Shown here in pieces: positions 1-9,953 of a DNA stretch of 64,000 nucleotides (its first letter is position 1; the number at the start of each line of letters is the position of its first letter). Source of the stretch: a virus. Lineage: Duplodnaviria > Heunggongvirae > Uroviricota > Caudoviricetes. The DNA lies in the IMG/VR virus record IMGVR_UViG_649989924_000003; one strand, 5' to 3'. The position numbers and the translations under genes were made by a program. The notes under the pieces were generated by a model, which saw only the letters and a program-made list of their open reading frames with translations, had not been told where the DNA came from and did no database searches.

Positions 1-751
1 TGAATTTAATTAATCTGTTCTTTCTACAAGCAATTGATGACCTACTCCTATTTAGTTTCATCATACTATTGTCAATTGAATTTGATAAGATAAAATTATC
101 GTCCTCTTTGCTCCAATATTTGCGAGTAATTTTATTTTTTGTGCGTTTCCAAGATAAATTCTCTTGATATTTCTGATATTTTCTATCTAAATATAGATGA
201 CTATCACCATATAGAAAATTTCCCAACGTAATTGCATCTTCATTTTTAACAGTTATATTGTAACAGTCATCTCTCTTATTTTTATTACATATTTTTATTA
301 TACCAAACTCTTCTTCCAGCAATCTTAAATATGAATTAGCTAAATCTTCACTTTTTGTTATTAATGATATATATGGGTCACCATTTTTTATTTGACCTAT
401 ACTTCCATCACCATCAATAACTCCTCTCCAAAAATCACATTTAGAATACTCGCAGTTAGGTGGTCTTGCATTTATTGCTTTTTGGCATTTGGGATAACCT
501 TGCTTAAAAAAATAATCTCTATACTTTTTGTAAAACAAAGAAAATATACAACTTTCATGGTTTTGAGAAAAGTTTGTACTCCGTTGTCTAATACTTATTT
601 TGCTTTCTGGAAATATTATATGTAATTTATCTAAAATATTTCTATCTCTAATCGAAAGTTCTATCTGAATTTTACCCCTATTGCGTGTTGATGTTGTTAT
701 TGTTCCATCTGTGAGAACAAGTCCATAAAAATAACTAAATTCTTTATTCAT
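1..751 (-). CDS. LAGLIDADG homing endonuclease (double-motif), C-terminus beyond window edge
   Basis: Minus-strand frame is open from ATG (complement of 749-751, preceded by GAGGAG RBS) to position 1. My translation contains two LAGLIDADG-type motifs (YFYGLVLTDG... and FWRGVIDGDGSIG). Not in the supplied ORF track because no stop lies inside the window. Confidence 0.55.
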   Translation of the reverse strand, partial: MNKEFSYFYGLVLTDGTITTSTRNRGKIQIELSIRDRNILDKLHIIFPESKISIRQRSTNFSQNHESCIFSLFYKKYRDYFFKQGYPKCQKAINARPPNCEYSKCDFWRGVIDGDGSIGQIKNGDPYISLITKSEDLANSYLRLLEEEFGIIKICNKNKRDDCYNITVKNEDAITLGNFLYGDSHLYLDRKYQKYQENLSWKRTKNKITRKYWSKEDDNFILSNSIDNSMMKLNRSRSSIACRKNRLIKF

Positions 752-867
752 TTCACTCCTCTCTACTAAATTTTAATATCTTTATACATACAAAAAAGTC
801 TATATAAAAATAGACTTTCGTATGTTTTATTAATTATATCATATTTAGATAATTCATATTGGTTACC

Positions 868-1269
868 TTATAATTTATTCTTTTCATTATTTATTTCATA
901 ATAATTATTTACAACATCTACACATTCAAAACTATCAAGATAAAGTATTTGAGAATACTCTTCCATTTCGATTTTTGTCCAAGGTCTTGTCTCATCAACC
1001 TCATAAATATAAATAGAAGCAAAGTAATTATCATCTTTTATGTTTTCACTTTTCAAACGAATGGATAATGGTCTTGTTTTTGCTCTCACATACCCATATT
1101 TCTCCATCTTCTCCTTTATATTGTCATAATTATCAGTATTGATTGGATATTTTTCTTCAATAAGTTTTGTCATATATAAATTTGATTCGACCCAATTAGA
1201 AAATTCCTTTTTATTTAATTCGTCTTTTAACCATTGTGGATATTCTTCTACAGATGCTAACTTTATCAT
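868..1269 (-). CDS. hypothetical protein
   Basis: 133-aa ORF, co-oriented with neighbours, no recognisable motif. Confidence 0.45.
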   Translation of the reverse strand: MIKLASVEEYPQWLKDELNKKEFSNWVESNLYMTKLIEEKYPINTDNYDNIKEKMEKYGYVRAKTRPLSIRLKSENIKDDNYFASIYIYEVDETRPWTKIEMEEYSQILYLDSFECVDVVNNYYEINNEKNKL

Positions 1270-1270
1270 A

Positions 1271-1525
1271 TTAGTTTACTCCTTTAAATTTAAAATAAAG
1301 CGTATCTTTTCTTCCTTTAACCAACATTTTGCGTCCAACTCTGGCACCAATTCCACCAATACCGCTTAACTCTTTAGTCCAAGGATTCCAACTATCTACA
1401 CCATCTTTGTATCTCCGATACTCCCAGCTATTCTCATATTCTTCTTTGATACTTTTTAAATTATAATAAACATATCTTAATTCATTTTCAGTAATATCAT
1501 CTTTTGTATTAATTTGTATATTCAT
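1271..1525 (-). CDS. hypothetical protein
   Basis: 84-aa ORF, stop/start abuts downstream ORF (operon-like). Confidence 0.4.
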   Translation of the reverse strand: MNIQINTKDDITENELRYVYYNLKSIKEEYENSWEYRRYKDGVDSWNPWTKELSGIGGIGARVGRKMLVKGRKDTLYFKFKGVN

Positions 1526-1790
1526 TTTATTATTTTCCTCCTGTAATAAAAAAGACTCATTCCTGCTAGAAAAAGTCTCTTACTTCGTATATATTACAAC
1601 TCTAGTATAGCATATTTCTTGTAGTAAAAGTGATGGTTAGAATTGCAAAGAATAAGTTTTTAATACACTCAGTATATGTTTATGTAAAACAAAAACAGTA
1701 ACCACCACATCACGCAAATGTAAAATTACTGTTTTCGTATAAAAATATTTAATTGACATTTCATAGCAATCACTTTTCTCATTAAAGTCC

Positions 1791-1991
1791 TTACCAAATC
1801 TTTTCATTCTTCTTAATTTCAGGGTGTGTAACTTCCATATAAATTGTAAGAGCCATTAATAATTTACCAAGCCTCTCATTCATTTCATAAATATCCATTG
1901 GTTGGCGACATTCTACAATTTGTCTTTGTTTCATTAATTCATCATAAAAACCTTGTAAATTCTCAGAAAATTCTTTCTTATCATATTTCAT
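1791..1991 (-). CDS. hypothetical small protein
   Basis: 66-aa ORF immediately downstream of 1992..2594 with 0-nt spacing. Confidence 0.4.
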   Translation of the reverse strand: MKYDKKEFSENLQGFYDELMKQRQIVECRQPMDIYEMNERLGKLLMALTIYMEVTHPEIKKNEKIW

Positions 1992-2594
1992 TTATTTTTT
2001 CTCCTCCATTTCATTTATTTTCTTAATCACTCTATCATTATTAGGAACTTTATCTGAAATATGAATAACTAATCCATCAGCAGAAAAAACACCACTTGGA
2101 ATCAATTCCTCGATGAAGTTTCTATCTTTATCCATTCTTTCCATTCCATTTTCGTCTTCATATCCCCAATCACTCCTATCATCAAATGAATAATCTTTTG
2201 TGAGGTTCAATAATTCTTTCAAATTATCTACTGCCCAACTACTTCCAAATATCTGAACAAAATAACCTTCTATATCATGATGATATAATACAATATCTAC
2301 TAAAAAATCATTTAGATAGCATACAAACCATGAATCAATTCTATATCCAACTTCCTTTTGTCTCGCAACATCTTTTCGGAGTATATGAAAACAATAATTA
2401 CACCATTGCTGGTATGTTTGTGGCTTCTTTCTATCTGCAAATTCTTCATACTTCATGAAAAACTTCAATTCGCTCTTAATGACTTCTGGAATTCTATCTT
2501 CAAGTCTTTTTTGATATTCATTTTTAGCAGTAAGCAAACTTCTAAACAACTCTTCAGAATTCAATTTGAATAAATTTGGTACAACTGTTGACAT
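1992..2594 (-). CDS. hypothetical protein, candidate toxin partner of Panacea-domain gene
   Basis: 200-aa ORF 4 nt downstream of the Panacea-like gene; no known motif recognised. Confidence 0.45.
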   Translation of the reverse strand: MSTVVPNLFKLNSEELFRSLLTAKNEYQKRLEDRIPEVIKSELKFFMKYEEFADRKKPQTYQQWCNYCFHILRKDVARQKEVGYRIDSWFVCYLNDFLVDIVLYHHDIEGYFVQIFGSSWAVDNLKELLNLTKDYSFDDRSDWGYEDENGMERMDKDRNFIEELIPSGVFSADGLVIHISDKVPNNDRVIKKINEMEEKK

Positions 2595-2598
2595 TCTA

Positions 2599-3159
2599 TC
2601 ACTCTCCTTGTGTCAATCTTGATATATATTCTATTTTCAAATAGTCTAAATCAATTATTTCTCCTGAAACTTGATAAGCCCAGCTATCAAAGATAACTGA
2701 TTTTAATAGTTCAGTATTGCTGATAATCACGAGTTTATTTATGGTCTGTTCAAGAATTAATCTTGTTATTTCATCCAATTCTTCATTTTTGTAATATGCC
2801 AAAGCAAACGTATCATGACAATCAGGATGTACTAAGTATCTCCTGTAATAGGGAATACTGCAAAAAATGAACTCAGCCCAATACATATAATTAACTTCTA
2901 AATAAGTTGATGGAATAGTATTACCACCATAACTCTTTAGAAAAGCTTTATCAACTTCTTCAATTCTAACTCCATACTTGCATTTTTTTATTTCATCTTT
3001 AAATAATGGTTGGTGGTATATAGCTAAGGAAAGCCCTTGAGCTACATAAAGCAGCTTGCTCATTTTTAAAGGCGAGAGATAGCATTCTAATTGTTTTTTA
3101 TGAGTATAATCTACCATATAATATGCTAATTCTAATGCTGTATATTTTGCTTCTTTCAT
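2599..3159 (-). CDS. Panacea-domain (DUF4065/SocA-like) protein, putative antitoxin
   Basis: Motif KMSKLLYVAQGLSLAIYHQPLFKDEIKKCKYG resembles Panacea consensus K.QKLLY.AQG..LA....PLF...I.aWKYGPV. Confidence 0.5.
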   Translation of the reverse strand: MKEAKYTALELAYYMVDYTHKKQLECYLSPLKMSKLLYVAQGLSLAIYHQPLFKDEIKKCKYGVRIEEVDKAFLKSYGGNTIPSTYLEVNYMYWAEFIFCSIPYYRRYLVHPDCHDTFALAYYKNEELDEITRLILEQTINKLVIISNTELLKSVIFDSWAYQVSGEIIDLDYLKIEYISRLTQGE

Positions 3160-3168
3160 ATTTCCCTC

Positions 3169-3474
3169 CTATTCCAAATAACAATAACTTTCTACCAGTT
3201 TCTCATAGTCCTCATCTTCATTTGCTTCAATGACAACATATTCTCTTATTTCATCATCAGTAATAATGCTTCTATAGATTGTTCTCTCAAAGATATCATT
3301 TGACGCATCTTCCTCTTCTCTGATGTTAATACTCTTCACATCTCTTAATACTCTCTCATGCAACTTATCATAAGATGTGTATATACCTAAGAAAGTGGTA
3401 TTTCCTGATATCCCGTAATCTCCGTACTCTAAAAGATTTTTGGTATTTTTCAGTAATATTAATAGTTTTTTCAT
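3169..3474 (-). CDS. hypothetical acidic protein
   Basis: 101-aa ORF, operon-like spacing. Confidence 0.45.
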   Translation of the reverse strand: MKKLLILLKNTKNLLEYGDYGISGNTTFLGIYTSYDKLHERVLRDVKSINIREEEDASNDIFERTIYRSIITDDEIREYVVIEANEDEDYEKLVESYCYLE

Positions 3475-3581
3475 GGCTTTCCTCCTTTCTTTGTAACAAA
3501 AAAGGATGTACGTTTATGCACATCCAGTCGTTTAACTTTACTCTTCTATTGTATCATAAATATCACTAATTATAAGCATAT

Positions 3582-3929
3582 TTAGTATCCGATAGTATAC
3601 TCTATACTTTCTTTTACCTCTCTATAGTCTTTTGCTGGAATCATTTTCTTTAGCAATGTTACAGCTTTAAAATGTGATTCTTGATGATTTCCTTTCATTG
3701 TCATTCTTCCCTCTGAAGAAACATTTTCAATAATGAAAAAATCAATATAATCAGTTAATTTCAGTGGAAATCCATTTGAATTAAACGTATATATGATGAG
3801 ATTATTCTTATTATAGACTTGTTTCAGATTTCTCAAACAGATAGATTTGCTTTCCTTAAATAATAAGTTCTTCAATTTTTCATCATGATTTGAATCAATA
3901 ACCAATGTGTTTTCAGTAATCAGGCTCAT
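3582..3929 (-). CDS. hypothetical protein
   Basis: 115-aa ORF. Confidence 0.45.
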   Translation of the reverse strand: MSLITENTLVIDSNHDEKLKNLLFKESKSICLRNLKQVYNKNNLIIYTFNSNGFPLKLTDYIDFFIIENVSSEGRMTMKGNHQESHFKAVTLLKKMIPAKDYREVKESIEYTIGY

Positions 3930-3950
3930 ACTCTTTCCTCCTCTGATAAA

Positions 3951-4199
3951 CTACAAAATAAAAACGCAGCAAATATGGTTTGCGAGTTGATTTTCTATAG
4001 TTTGAATATCATCTTCTAAGCCATTCTCATAAACAATTTGAGTAGCAACCTTTACACCAATATATGAGCTTGGTCCTCCATGCTTATTTTGAGGGTATGT
4101 GACAACAATCTTCGTTCCAAATGGCAACCCCCTTATATCCTCTGCTCTTATTTTTTTCATGTAATCCCTCCTACCTAATTTATTATGAATGAACACCAA
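3951..4199 (-). CDS. hypothetical protein
   Basis: 82-aa ORF. Confidence 0.4.
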   Translation of the reverse strand: MVFIHNKLGRRDYMKKIRAEDIRGLPFGTKIVVTYPQNKHGGPSSYIGVKVATQIVYENGLEDDIQTIENQLANHICCVFIL

Positions 4200-4398
4200 G
4201 CATTAAAGAATACAATTCTTTTTCTCTGCACCCTTTATGAAACATCTTTAATGCATCTTCTAAAATAATCTCTCTTGTCATCAGAGTTAAGGTCTGCCCA
4301 TATAAGACTTCTAAATTCTTTAAACACGCCAGTTCCTCTTTTGCCATTTTTGCTACTAAGTCCCAATCATATTCAATTGTTAATTCCATTTCTATCAT
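4183..4398 (-). CDS. hypothetical protein
   Basis: 71-aa ORF overlapping downstream gene by 17 nt. Confidence 0.4.
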   Translation of the reverse strand: MIEMELTIEYDWDLVAKMAKEELACLKNLEVLYGQTLTLMTREIILEDALKMFHKGCREKELYSLMLGVHS

Positions 4399-4478
4399 CC
4401 TTTCTCTTCTACTTGAAAATAAAAAGAGATATATCTCTATAATGATATACCTCTTATTTCTCGTTTATTGTTACATCT

Positions 4479-4751
4479 TTATTTTATCATAAAATCTAAA
4501 ATCTTTCTTTTATCACTACTTATTTTCTTATTGCATATTAGCGTATCCAACTGAACACAGAGAAGATACAGCTGGTCTCCATTCATATCCTCAATATCTA
4601 GATTTTTGATATGGGCATTCTTTTTTAGCTGTTGATAATTTTCGCCTCTCTTGTAAGAAACTTTTAAACTATCTAGTTTCTCCATATTTCTTTTGGCTTC
4701 CTTAAGAAGTTCTTTTTTTGTGAATGAAGATATTTTCTTATAATAACTCAT
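4479..4751 (-). CDS. hypothetical protein
   Basis: 90-aa ORF overlapping the 3' end region of the DHH gene start. Confidence 0.4.
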   Translation of the reverse strand: MSYYKKISSFTKKELLKEAKRNMEKLDSLKVSYKRGENYQQLKKNAHIKNLDIEDMNGDQLYLLCVQLDTLICNKKISSDKRKILDFMIK

Positions 4752-5697
4752 TTCTCAACCTCTTTTTCCTAAAAATGATATTTATATAATCTGAAACAAC
4801 ATCAGCTGTTAAGGGAAACCCAGCAGCTTTCTTATGACCTCCACCATTAAATCTCTTTGCAAGAACACTGACATCAATATCTTCTTTAACAGTTCTTAAT
4901 GAAACAGTCCTACTTCCAATAATCGCAATTGCATCATATTCTGGATAGTTAAGTGCTATCTGATTTCCTAGTTCAGATACATACTGCTCAGCAAAGATGA
5001 CTCCCAAATGATATTCATATAGCTGTAATTCAAATATATCCTTTTCCTTTGCTTTTATGTAGTTACTTATTCTATGACGCTCCGATGTCAGTAAAACACA
5101 ATCAGTTTCGCGCAATAATAAGTTATCGCTTGTATCAAGAAGTATCTCAATCATATCTTCAGCAAAATTCTTAATACCTTTTATATATAACAAATCGTTA
5201 ATATCTTTTGCTAAGAGATTATTATATTTGCTCCAGTCCCATGTATCATAAGAACGAACTGCTTCAACAAAACGTTCTAGCTTATTAAAGATATCAAGCT
5301 GTAATTTAAATTCATAGGTTTTCTTAAGATATTGATAAAATAAGTATGTCCCTGACATGAGTTTATCATCTCTCTGTATACAAATGTGTGCAAAATCATA
5401 TTTGTTTAAGTCTAATGCACTTTTATGATGGTCAATGATTGTTGTTTTTTCTACAACCTCAGGTGTGAAAAACTGCTGAATATAATCATCATAGACAACA
5501 ATATCAGTCATGTAGATATGCTCATAATCATCTCCTTTTAATATAGTCTCTGACATCATTTCCTGAATATTGGAATGTGTACAATATGTTACATCAACAC
5601 CATAATGATGCTGATGAGCAAGTAGTATTTTTGCTACAATATAACATCCAACGCCATCTAAATCGTTGTGTGTCAGTAATTTAATTTTCTTTTTCAT
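4738..5697 (-). CDS. DHH-DHHA1 phosphoesterase (NrnA-like nanoRNase/pAp phosphatase family)
   Basis: DHH motif I LLTHNDLDGVG, motif III IIDHH, C-terminal DHHA1 GGGHKKAAGF. Confidence 0.7.
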   Translation of the reverse strand: MKKKIKLLTHNDLDGVGCYIVAKILLAHQHHYGVDVTYCTHSNIQEMMSETILKGDDYEHIYMTDIVVYDDYIQQFFTPEVVEKTTIIDHHKSALDLNKYDFAHICIQRDDKLMSGTYLFYQYLKKTYEFKLQLDIFNKLERFVEAVRSYDTWDWSKYNNLLAKDINDLLYIKGIKNFAEDMIEILLDTSDNLLLRETDCVLLTSERHRISNYIKAKEKDIFELQLYEYHLGVIFAEQYVSELGNQIALNYPEYDAIAIIGSRTVSLRTVKEDIDVSVLAKRFNGGGHKKAAGFPLTADVVSDYINIIFRKKRLRNELL

Positions 5698-5707
5698 ATT
5701 CTCTCCT

Positions 5708-6016
5708 TTATCCCAATAAGGCTATTTCTTCATTTGGTACATTATCAAAGCAGTAACTATCCATTCTTAGTGCCTCTAGCTCATCGGGATTGCTGTCAAT
5801 CATGTAAAACAATCCATGATAACCATTACCTTCATCGTCATTTGTAATAAATAATTTCTTTGCACCATTGCCTTGTATAACTTCTTCTAAAGCATTTTTT
5901 GCTAAACAGTGAATTTTATAAGGTCTTTCACTATCTAATTCGTCTTTTCCCAAATGATTTAACACCAAAGTGGCAGCCTTTAAAACTTCCAGTTCTTCTC
6001 TTGTTGCTTCAAGCAT
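5708..6016 (-). CDS. hypothetical protein
   Basis: 102-aa ORF. Confidence 0.45.
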   Translation of the reverse strand: MLEATREELEVLKAATLVLNHLGKDELDSERPYKIHCLAKNALEEVIQGNGAKKLFITNDDEGNGYHGLFYMIDSNPDELEALRMDSYCFDNVPNEEIALLG

Positions 6017-6353
6017 ATTTCATTTCCTCCTTTTCATCTAAATAGTCATAAATATTTGTTTGTCCTGTTATGGGATAATGATTTTGAGAATCCGTTTTGA
6101 TGACTCGCACCTCAATAGCCTCAATCATATTCTCATGAAATGAAGAATCTTTTGCAGCCCATTTTATTGCATCAGATAATGACTCTGATTCATAGATACC
6201 AATAAAATGATTAGGAATAAAATCATTCCAATTGTCATCTTCCGAATTATCATTGGAATCCATACTTCCACAATAAATCTGTGTATCTCTTAAATAATCT
6301 GACTTTAATAACGCAATATACTTTTTCATAATGTATTCCTCCTCTCTAAACAA
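6009..6353 (-). CDS. hypothetical acidic protein
   Basis: 114-aa ORF. Confidence 0.45.
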   Translation of the reverse strand: MFREEEYIMKKYIALLKSDYLRDTQIYCGSMDSNDNSEDDNWNDFIPNHFIGIYESESLSDAIKWAAKDSSFHENMIEAIEVRVIKTDSQNHYPITGQTNIYDYLDEKEEMKYA

Positions 6354-6426
6354 AAAAAGAATCGCTTCATCTGAAACGACTCCATTCGTATATATTACAT
6401 ATATATTTTATCATATAATGAGGTAA

Positions 6427-6789
6427 TTATTGAATTGGTATTATATGGATTGTTAGTCCATGCTGCATTGCCTGCTTAATTATATTGGATGTCCCTCTGC
6501 TTCCATTATAGAACGCAATTAAGACATCACTATATTCTGCCATCTGCTGATTACGCAGTGGTCCTGCAGATTTTCCGTATTTATCCCAGTCTGCTGGAAA
6601 TTCTTTCAATGGATAAGAAAACTCCTCTGCATATTGTTTAGCAATCGTATCAACACCTTTTGCTCCACCTTCAACAATCTCAGTCCAATCTTTGCCATCA
6701 TGATATAAAATCTCTAATTCTAAAAGTTTTGAAAAGATAAATTCTTTATTTGTAAAATTTCTTGGTCCTGCTATAACTACTTTTGCCAT
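6427..6789 (-). CDS. SLOG-family (DUF2493/YspA-like) Rossmann-fold protein
   Basis: VVIAGPRNF...GGAKGVDTIAKQYA...PLRNQQM pattern typical of SLOG/DUF2493 proteins common on conjugative plasmids. Confidence 0.5.
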   Translation of the reverse strand: MAKVVIAGPRNFTNKEFIFSKLLELEILYHDGKDWTEIVEGGAKGVDTIAKQYAEEFSYPLKEFPADWDKYGKSAGPLRNQQMAEYSDVLIAFYNGSRGTSNIIKQAMQHGLTIHIIPIQ

Positions 6790-6801
6790 TTTTCTTTCCT
6801 C

Positions 6802-7041
6802 CTAAAATCCCAATAATAAACTCTTATCAGTCATGTCCTCTTTATGAATAACAACTTCCTTCTTTTCTCCATTTAACATCACTACATACTCTTCATCAAG
6901 AGAAATGATTCCTTGTGGAAGCTCACCTCCTTCAATATCAAAAACCTCTTGCTTATCCAAATCAACCTTACAAATAGATTTTATATTGATTTTTCCACGA
7001 TTATAAATGGAATGATAATATGCATATACAATTTTATTCAA
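6802..7041 (-). CDS. hypothetical protein
   Basis: 79-aa ORF. Confidence 0.4.
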   Translation of the reverse strand: MNKIVYAYYHSIYNRGKINIKSICKVDLDKQEVFDIEGGELPQGIISLDEEYVVMLNGEKKEVVIHKEDMTDKSLLLGF

Positions 7042-7182
7042 TTTATCTGCCTCCTTTTTATATCCTTTCTTCTCTTTCGCCTAATAGCAAAAAAACTGTA
7101 ACTTTATTCTGTTACAGTTCTTGCTTATCGGAATATCTATACATCTATTTTACCATATATCTAAAAATTTTATATTTCATGC

Positions 7183-7647
7183 CTAGAAATCTTTCACATC
7201 GTCCTCAAAATCCTTTATCATTTGAACAACAAGTGTTAAATCGCTATTAGGAAGTTCTTTTTTTAACAATTCTATCAACTTTCTGATAATCTCAAAGTAT
7301 TCTTCTGCACTTAAAGAGTTATCTGATGAATAATCACGAGCTGATATATCTCCACTTTTATTCCTTATAGATTCCTTGAGCATAAATTCTCGATAATCTC
7401 CATTTTCATTATCCAATAATTCCTTACTAATATCTTCTCTATGCTCTTCGATAAATGTCAATACATTTTCAATATCATCAAAACAATTTTTCAGATGTTC
7501 ATCATCGTTTAACTTGTTTTTTAAAAGATTATGAACATCTATAATACCTAGCATTATTCCTAAAGAGTTCTCGTATTCACACTCGCAAGTGCATTCTCCA
7601 TTCATAAAAGTAAACTTCCCATTAAATATATAATTCTCCATTATCAA
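7183..7647 (-). CDS. hypothetical acidic Cys-containing protein
   Basis: 154-aa ORF. Confidence 0.45.
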   Translation of the reverse strand: MIMENYIFNGKFTFMNGECTCECEYENSLGIMLGIIDVHNLLKNKLNDDEHLKNCFDDIENVLTFIEEHREDISKELLDNENGDYREFMLKESIRNKSGDISARDYSSDNSLSAEEYFEIIRKLIELLKKELPNSDLTLVVQMIKDFEDDVKDF

Positions 7648-7721
7648 CCTCCGTAAAATCTTTACAATTCTTATTTTATCATGGAAATAGACATTTAAGA
7701 AATATCTTCCCTATCTATTCA

Positions 7722-7750
7722 TTGACTAATTTTACTTTATATGTTATAAT
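7722..7750 (+). promoter_or_regulatory. Consensus SigA-type promoter (TTGACT-17nt-TATAAT with TGn extended -10), copy 1 of a recurring module
   Basis: TTGACT 7722-7727, 17-nt spacer, tgtTATAAT 7742-7750; precedes topB. Confidence 0.6.
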
Positions 7751-7761
7751 TCGTTGGTAGA

Positions 7762-9948
7762 ATGAGGTGTTTTTTAACAATCTTCCTCTTCTTGGAGGTT
7801 ATTCCTATAAAGAAACTTATTATTGCTGAAAAGCCTAATGTTATGAGAGAATTTGTTCACGCTTTGGATTCTCATGCCAAGAGTATTTGCTATGCCAAAC
7901 CATATGTATATTACTATGAAGGAAAGGATTATATATTTGCAGCTGCTAATGGACATTTGTTTCAGGCAAAAAATCCTGAAGAAATTAGTATGAACAATAA
8001 AAAATGGGACGCTAAAAAACTAGATATCCCTGAAATTATTCCTATTAAGATAAATAAGCAATATGCTCAGTCATTTTATTGTCTAAAAGAACTTGTTAAA
8101 AGAAAAGATATTGATGAAATCATTGTTGCAACAGACCCAGATAGAGAAGGACAGTTAATATGGGAGCTGATTGCAAGAAATCTAAAAATAAATGTTCCTG
8201 TTACACGTATTTGGATTAATGAATGGACAGAAGCATCACTTATAAAAGCTTTTCATGGCAGAAAAGACAATAAGGCTTATCAGAACCTTGCCGATGCAGG
8301 CTTAGCAAGATTACAATCTGATTATCTTATTGGTATGACAGGTACTAGAGTGCATACTGTCTGCTTTGGTGGTTATAAAAATGTGATTAATGAGGGTCGT
8401 GTTCAGTCTCCTACTCGCTATTTAGTAGGAACTCTGGAAAAAACTATCATGAACTTCAAACCTGAAAATTATCATATCATCCAACTCCAAACTGGGTCTG
8501 ATGAAGCAGAAGCAATGACTCTCTTGAGTCATAAGTTAGACACAAAAGAATCATCAGGATTATTAGAGGTCTTGCCTTCCTATCAATATGAGATTTTAAA
8601 AGATGTTCATAAGGTTTCAAAAAAGGGGCCTAAACTATACAAGACAAATGATATTCTTATGGATGCAAATAATAAATTAGGCTTATCCGCTGAAAAAACA
8701 ACAGAAATTCTTCAAAAACTTTATCAGGACTATGCCTTAACAACATATCCGCGTACAGAAATCCAACAGATTTCTATATCTGCATCCAAAGAGGTTATGA
8801 AAATAGTCAACAGCCTTGAGGGGGTAGGTCTTGTTGATGAGATTATTGATGAGATTAAGTCAAAACATATGACATTCCAAAAGCATCTTATTAATTTTAG
8901 TGAGGGAGAAATGCCCCATGAAGCTATCACGCCTACATATGAAGGGAATCCAAAAGCAACCTTATCAAAATTATCTCATGATGAAAGAAATGTTTATGAG
9001 CTGATTGTAAGAAGATTTTTACAGGGATTTTATCCTGAAGCTATTATAGAAGAAACAAAAGTAGCAACTGTTATTTCCTATAGTGAAAAAGACTATACTT
9101 TCTCAAACTCTGGAAAAATCATTGTTGAACCATCATGGATGAAAGTGCTAGGCGTACCTCGTGACACTTATCTACCAGCCATTACTGACAGAAAAACCTA
9201 TCCTTATGTCAATTCATTACTTGAAAGGAAAACAACAAAACCACCTTCAAGGTTTACTGAAGCAACTCTCTTAAATGCTATGGAGAATGCAGCAAGATAT
9301 GTTGAGGATTCCTCATCAAAGACTATACTAAAAAAATCCAAAGGAATTGGTACAGGTGCTACTAGAAATGAAATCATTAAAAACCTTTATAAAAGTGGCT
9401 TTATTATCAAAAAAGGAAAAACTATCTATCCAACTGATAAGCTTATGCAATGGATGGAAATTCTTCCAGAATCCCCTCTAAAATCTCCTCAAATGACTGC
9501 TGATTTAGAAAGTCAATTATCTGAAGTTGAAAAAGGAACATTATCCTTTCATAACTTTATGAATTCAGTTAATAATCAATTAGATGAACTTATCAAAGTT
9601 GCTTTATCCTCGCCTAAAACAAGTATTGTCTCATCGTCTATCAAAACTCCTTCAAAAGACACTCATTCATTAGATTCTTTGGGGAATTGTCCAATCTGTG
9701 GAAAACCAATGAGAGAAAACAGCAAAAGCTTTTACTGCACAGGATACAAGGAGGGATGTAAATTCTCTATTTGGAAAGAAATTAAAGGCAAGAAAATTAG
9801 TAAAAGAACAGCCGAAACATTAATTCATAAAGGCTATACTGGAAAATTAAAAGGCTTTTATAGTGACAAAACTGGAAAGGATTTTGAAGCAAAACTTAAA
9901 ATCAATAAATCAACACAAAAAGTTGAATTTGATTTTGATAAGAGGTAG
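7762..9948 (+). CDS. topB: DNA topoisomerase III (type IA)
   Basis: TOPRIM KLIIAEKPNV...ATDPDREGQLIW. C-terminal Zn ribbons CPICGKPM...YCTGYKEGCKF. The true start is probably downstream of the annotated ATG, after GGAGG at ~7794. Confidence 0.9.
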   Translation: MRCFLTIFLFLEVIPIKKLIIAEKPNVMREFVHALDSHAKSICYAKPYVYYYEGKDYIFAAANGHLFQAKNPEEISMNNKKWDAKKLDIPEIIPIKINKQYAQSFYCLKELVKRKDIDEIIVATDPDREGQLIWELIARNLKINVPVTRIWINEWTEASLIKAFHGRKDNKAYQNLADAGLARLQSDYLIGMTGTRVHTVCFGGYKNVINEGRVQSPTRYLVGTLEKTIMNFKPENYHIIQLQTGSDEAEAMTLLSHKLDTKESSGLLEVLPSYQYEILKDVHKVSKKGPKLYKTNDILMDANNKLGLSAEKTTEILQKLYQDYALTTYPRTEIQQISISASKEVMKIVNSLEGVGLVDEIIDEIKSKHMTFQKHLINFSEGEMPHEAITPTYEGNPKATLSKLSHDERNVYELIVRRFLQGFYPEAIIEETKVATVISYSEKDYTFSNSGKIIVEPSWMKVLGVPRDTYLPAITDRKTYPYVNSLLERKTTKPPSRFTEATLLNAMENAARYVEDSSSKTILKKSKGIGTGATRNEIIKNLYKSGFIIKKGKTIYPTDKLMQWMEILPESPLKSPQMTADLESQLSEVEKGTLSFHNFMNSVNNQLDELIKVALSSPKTSIVSSSIKTPSKDTHSLDSLGNCPICGKPMRENSKSFYCTGYKEGCKFSIWKEIKGKKISKRTAETLIHKGYTGKLKGFYSDKTGKDFEAKLKINKSTQKVEFDFDKR

Positions 9949-9953
9949 AAAAA

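Noticed and set aside
392-625. Plus-strand 77-aa ORF
   Set aside because: Lies antisense inside the LAGLIDADG endonuclease frame; AT-rich antisense ORF, no RBS
1139-3569. Several plus-strand ORFs (1139..1369, 2358..2573, 3375..3569) overlapping minus-strand genes
   Set aside because: All are antisense shadows of longer co-oriented minus-strand ORFs with operon-like spacing; treated as spurious
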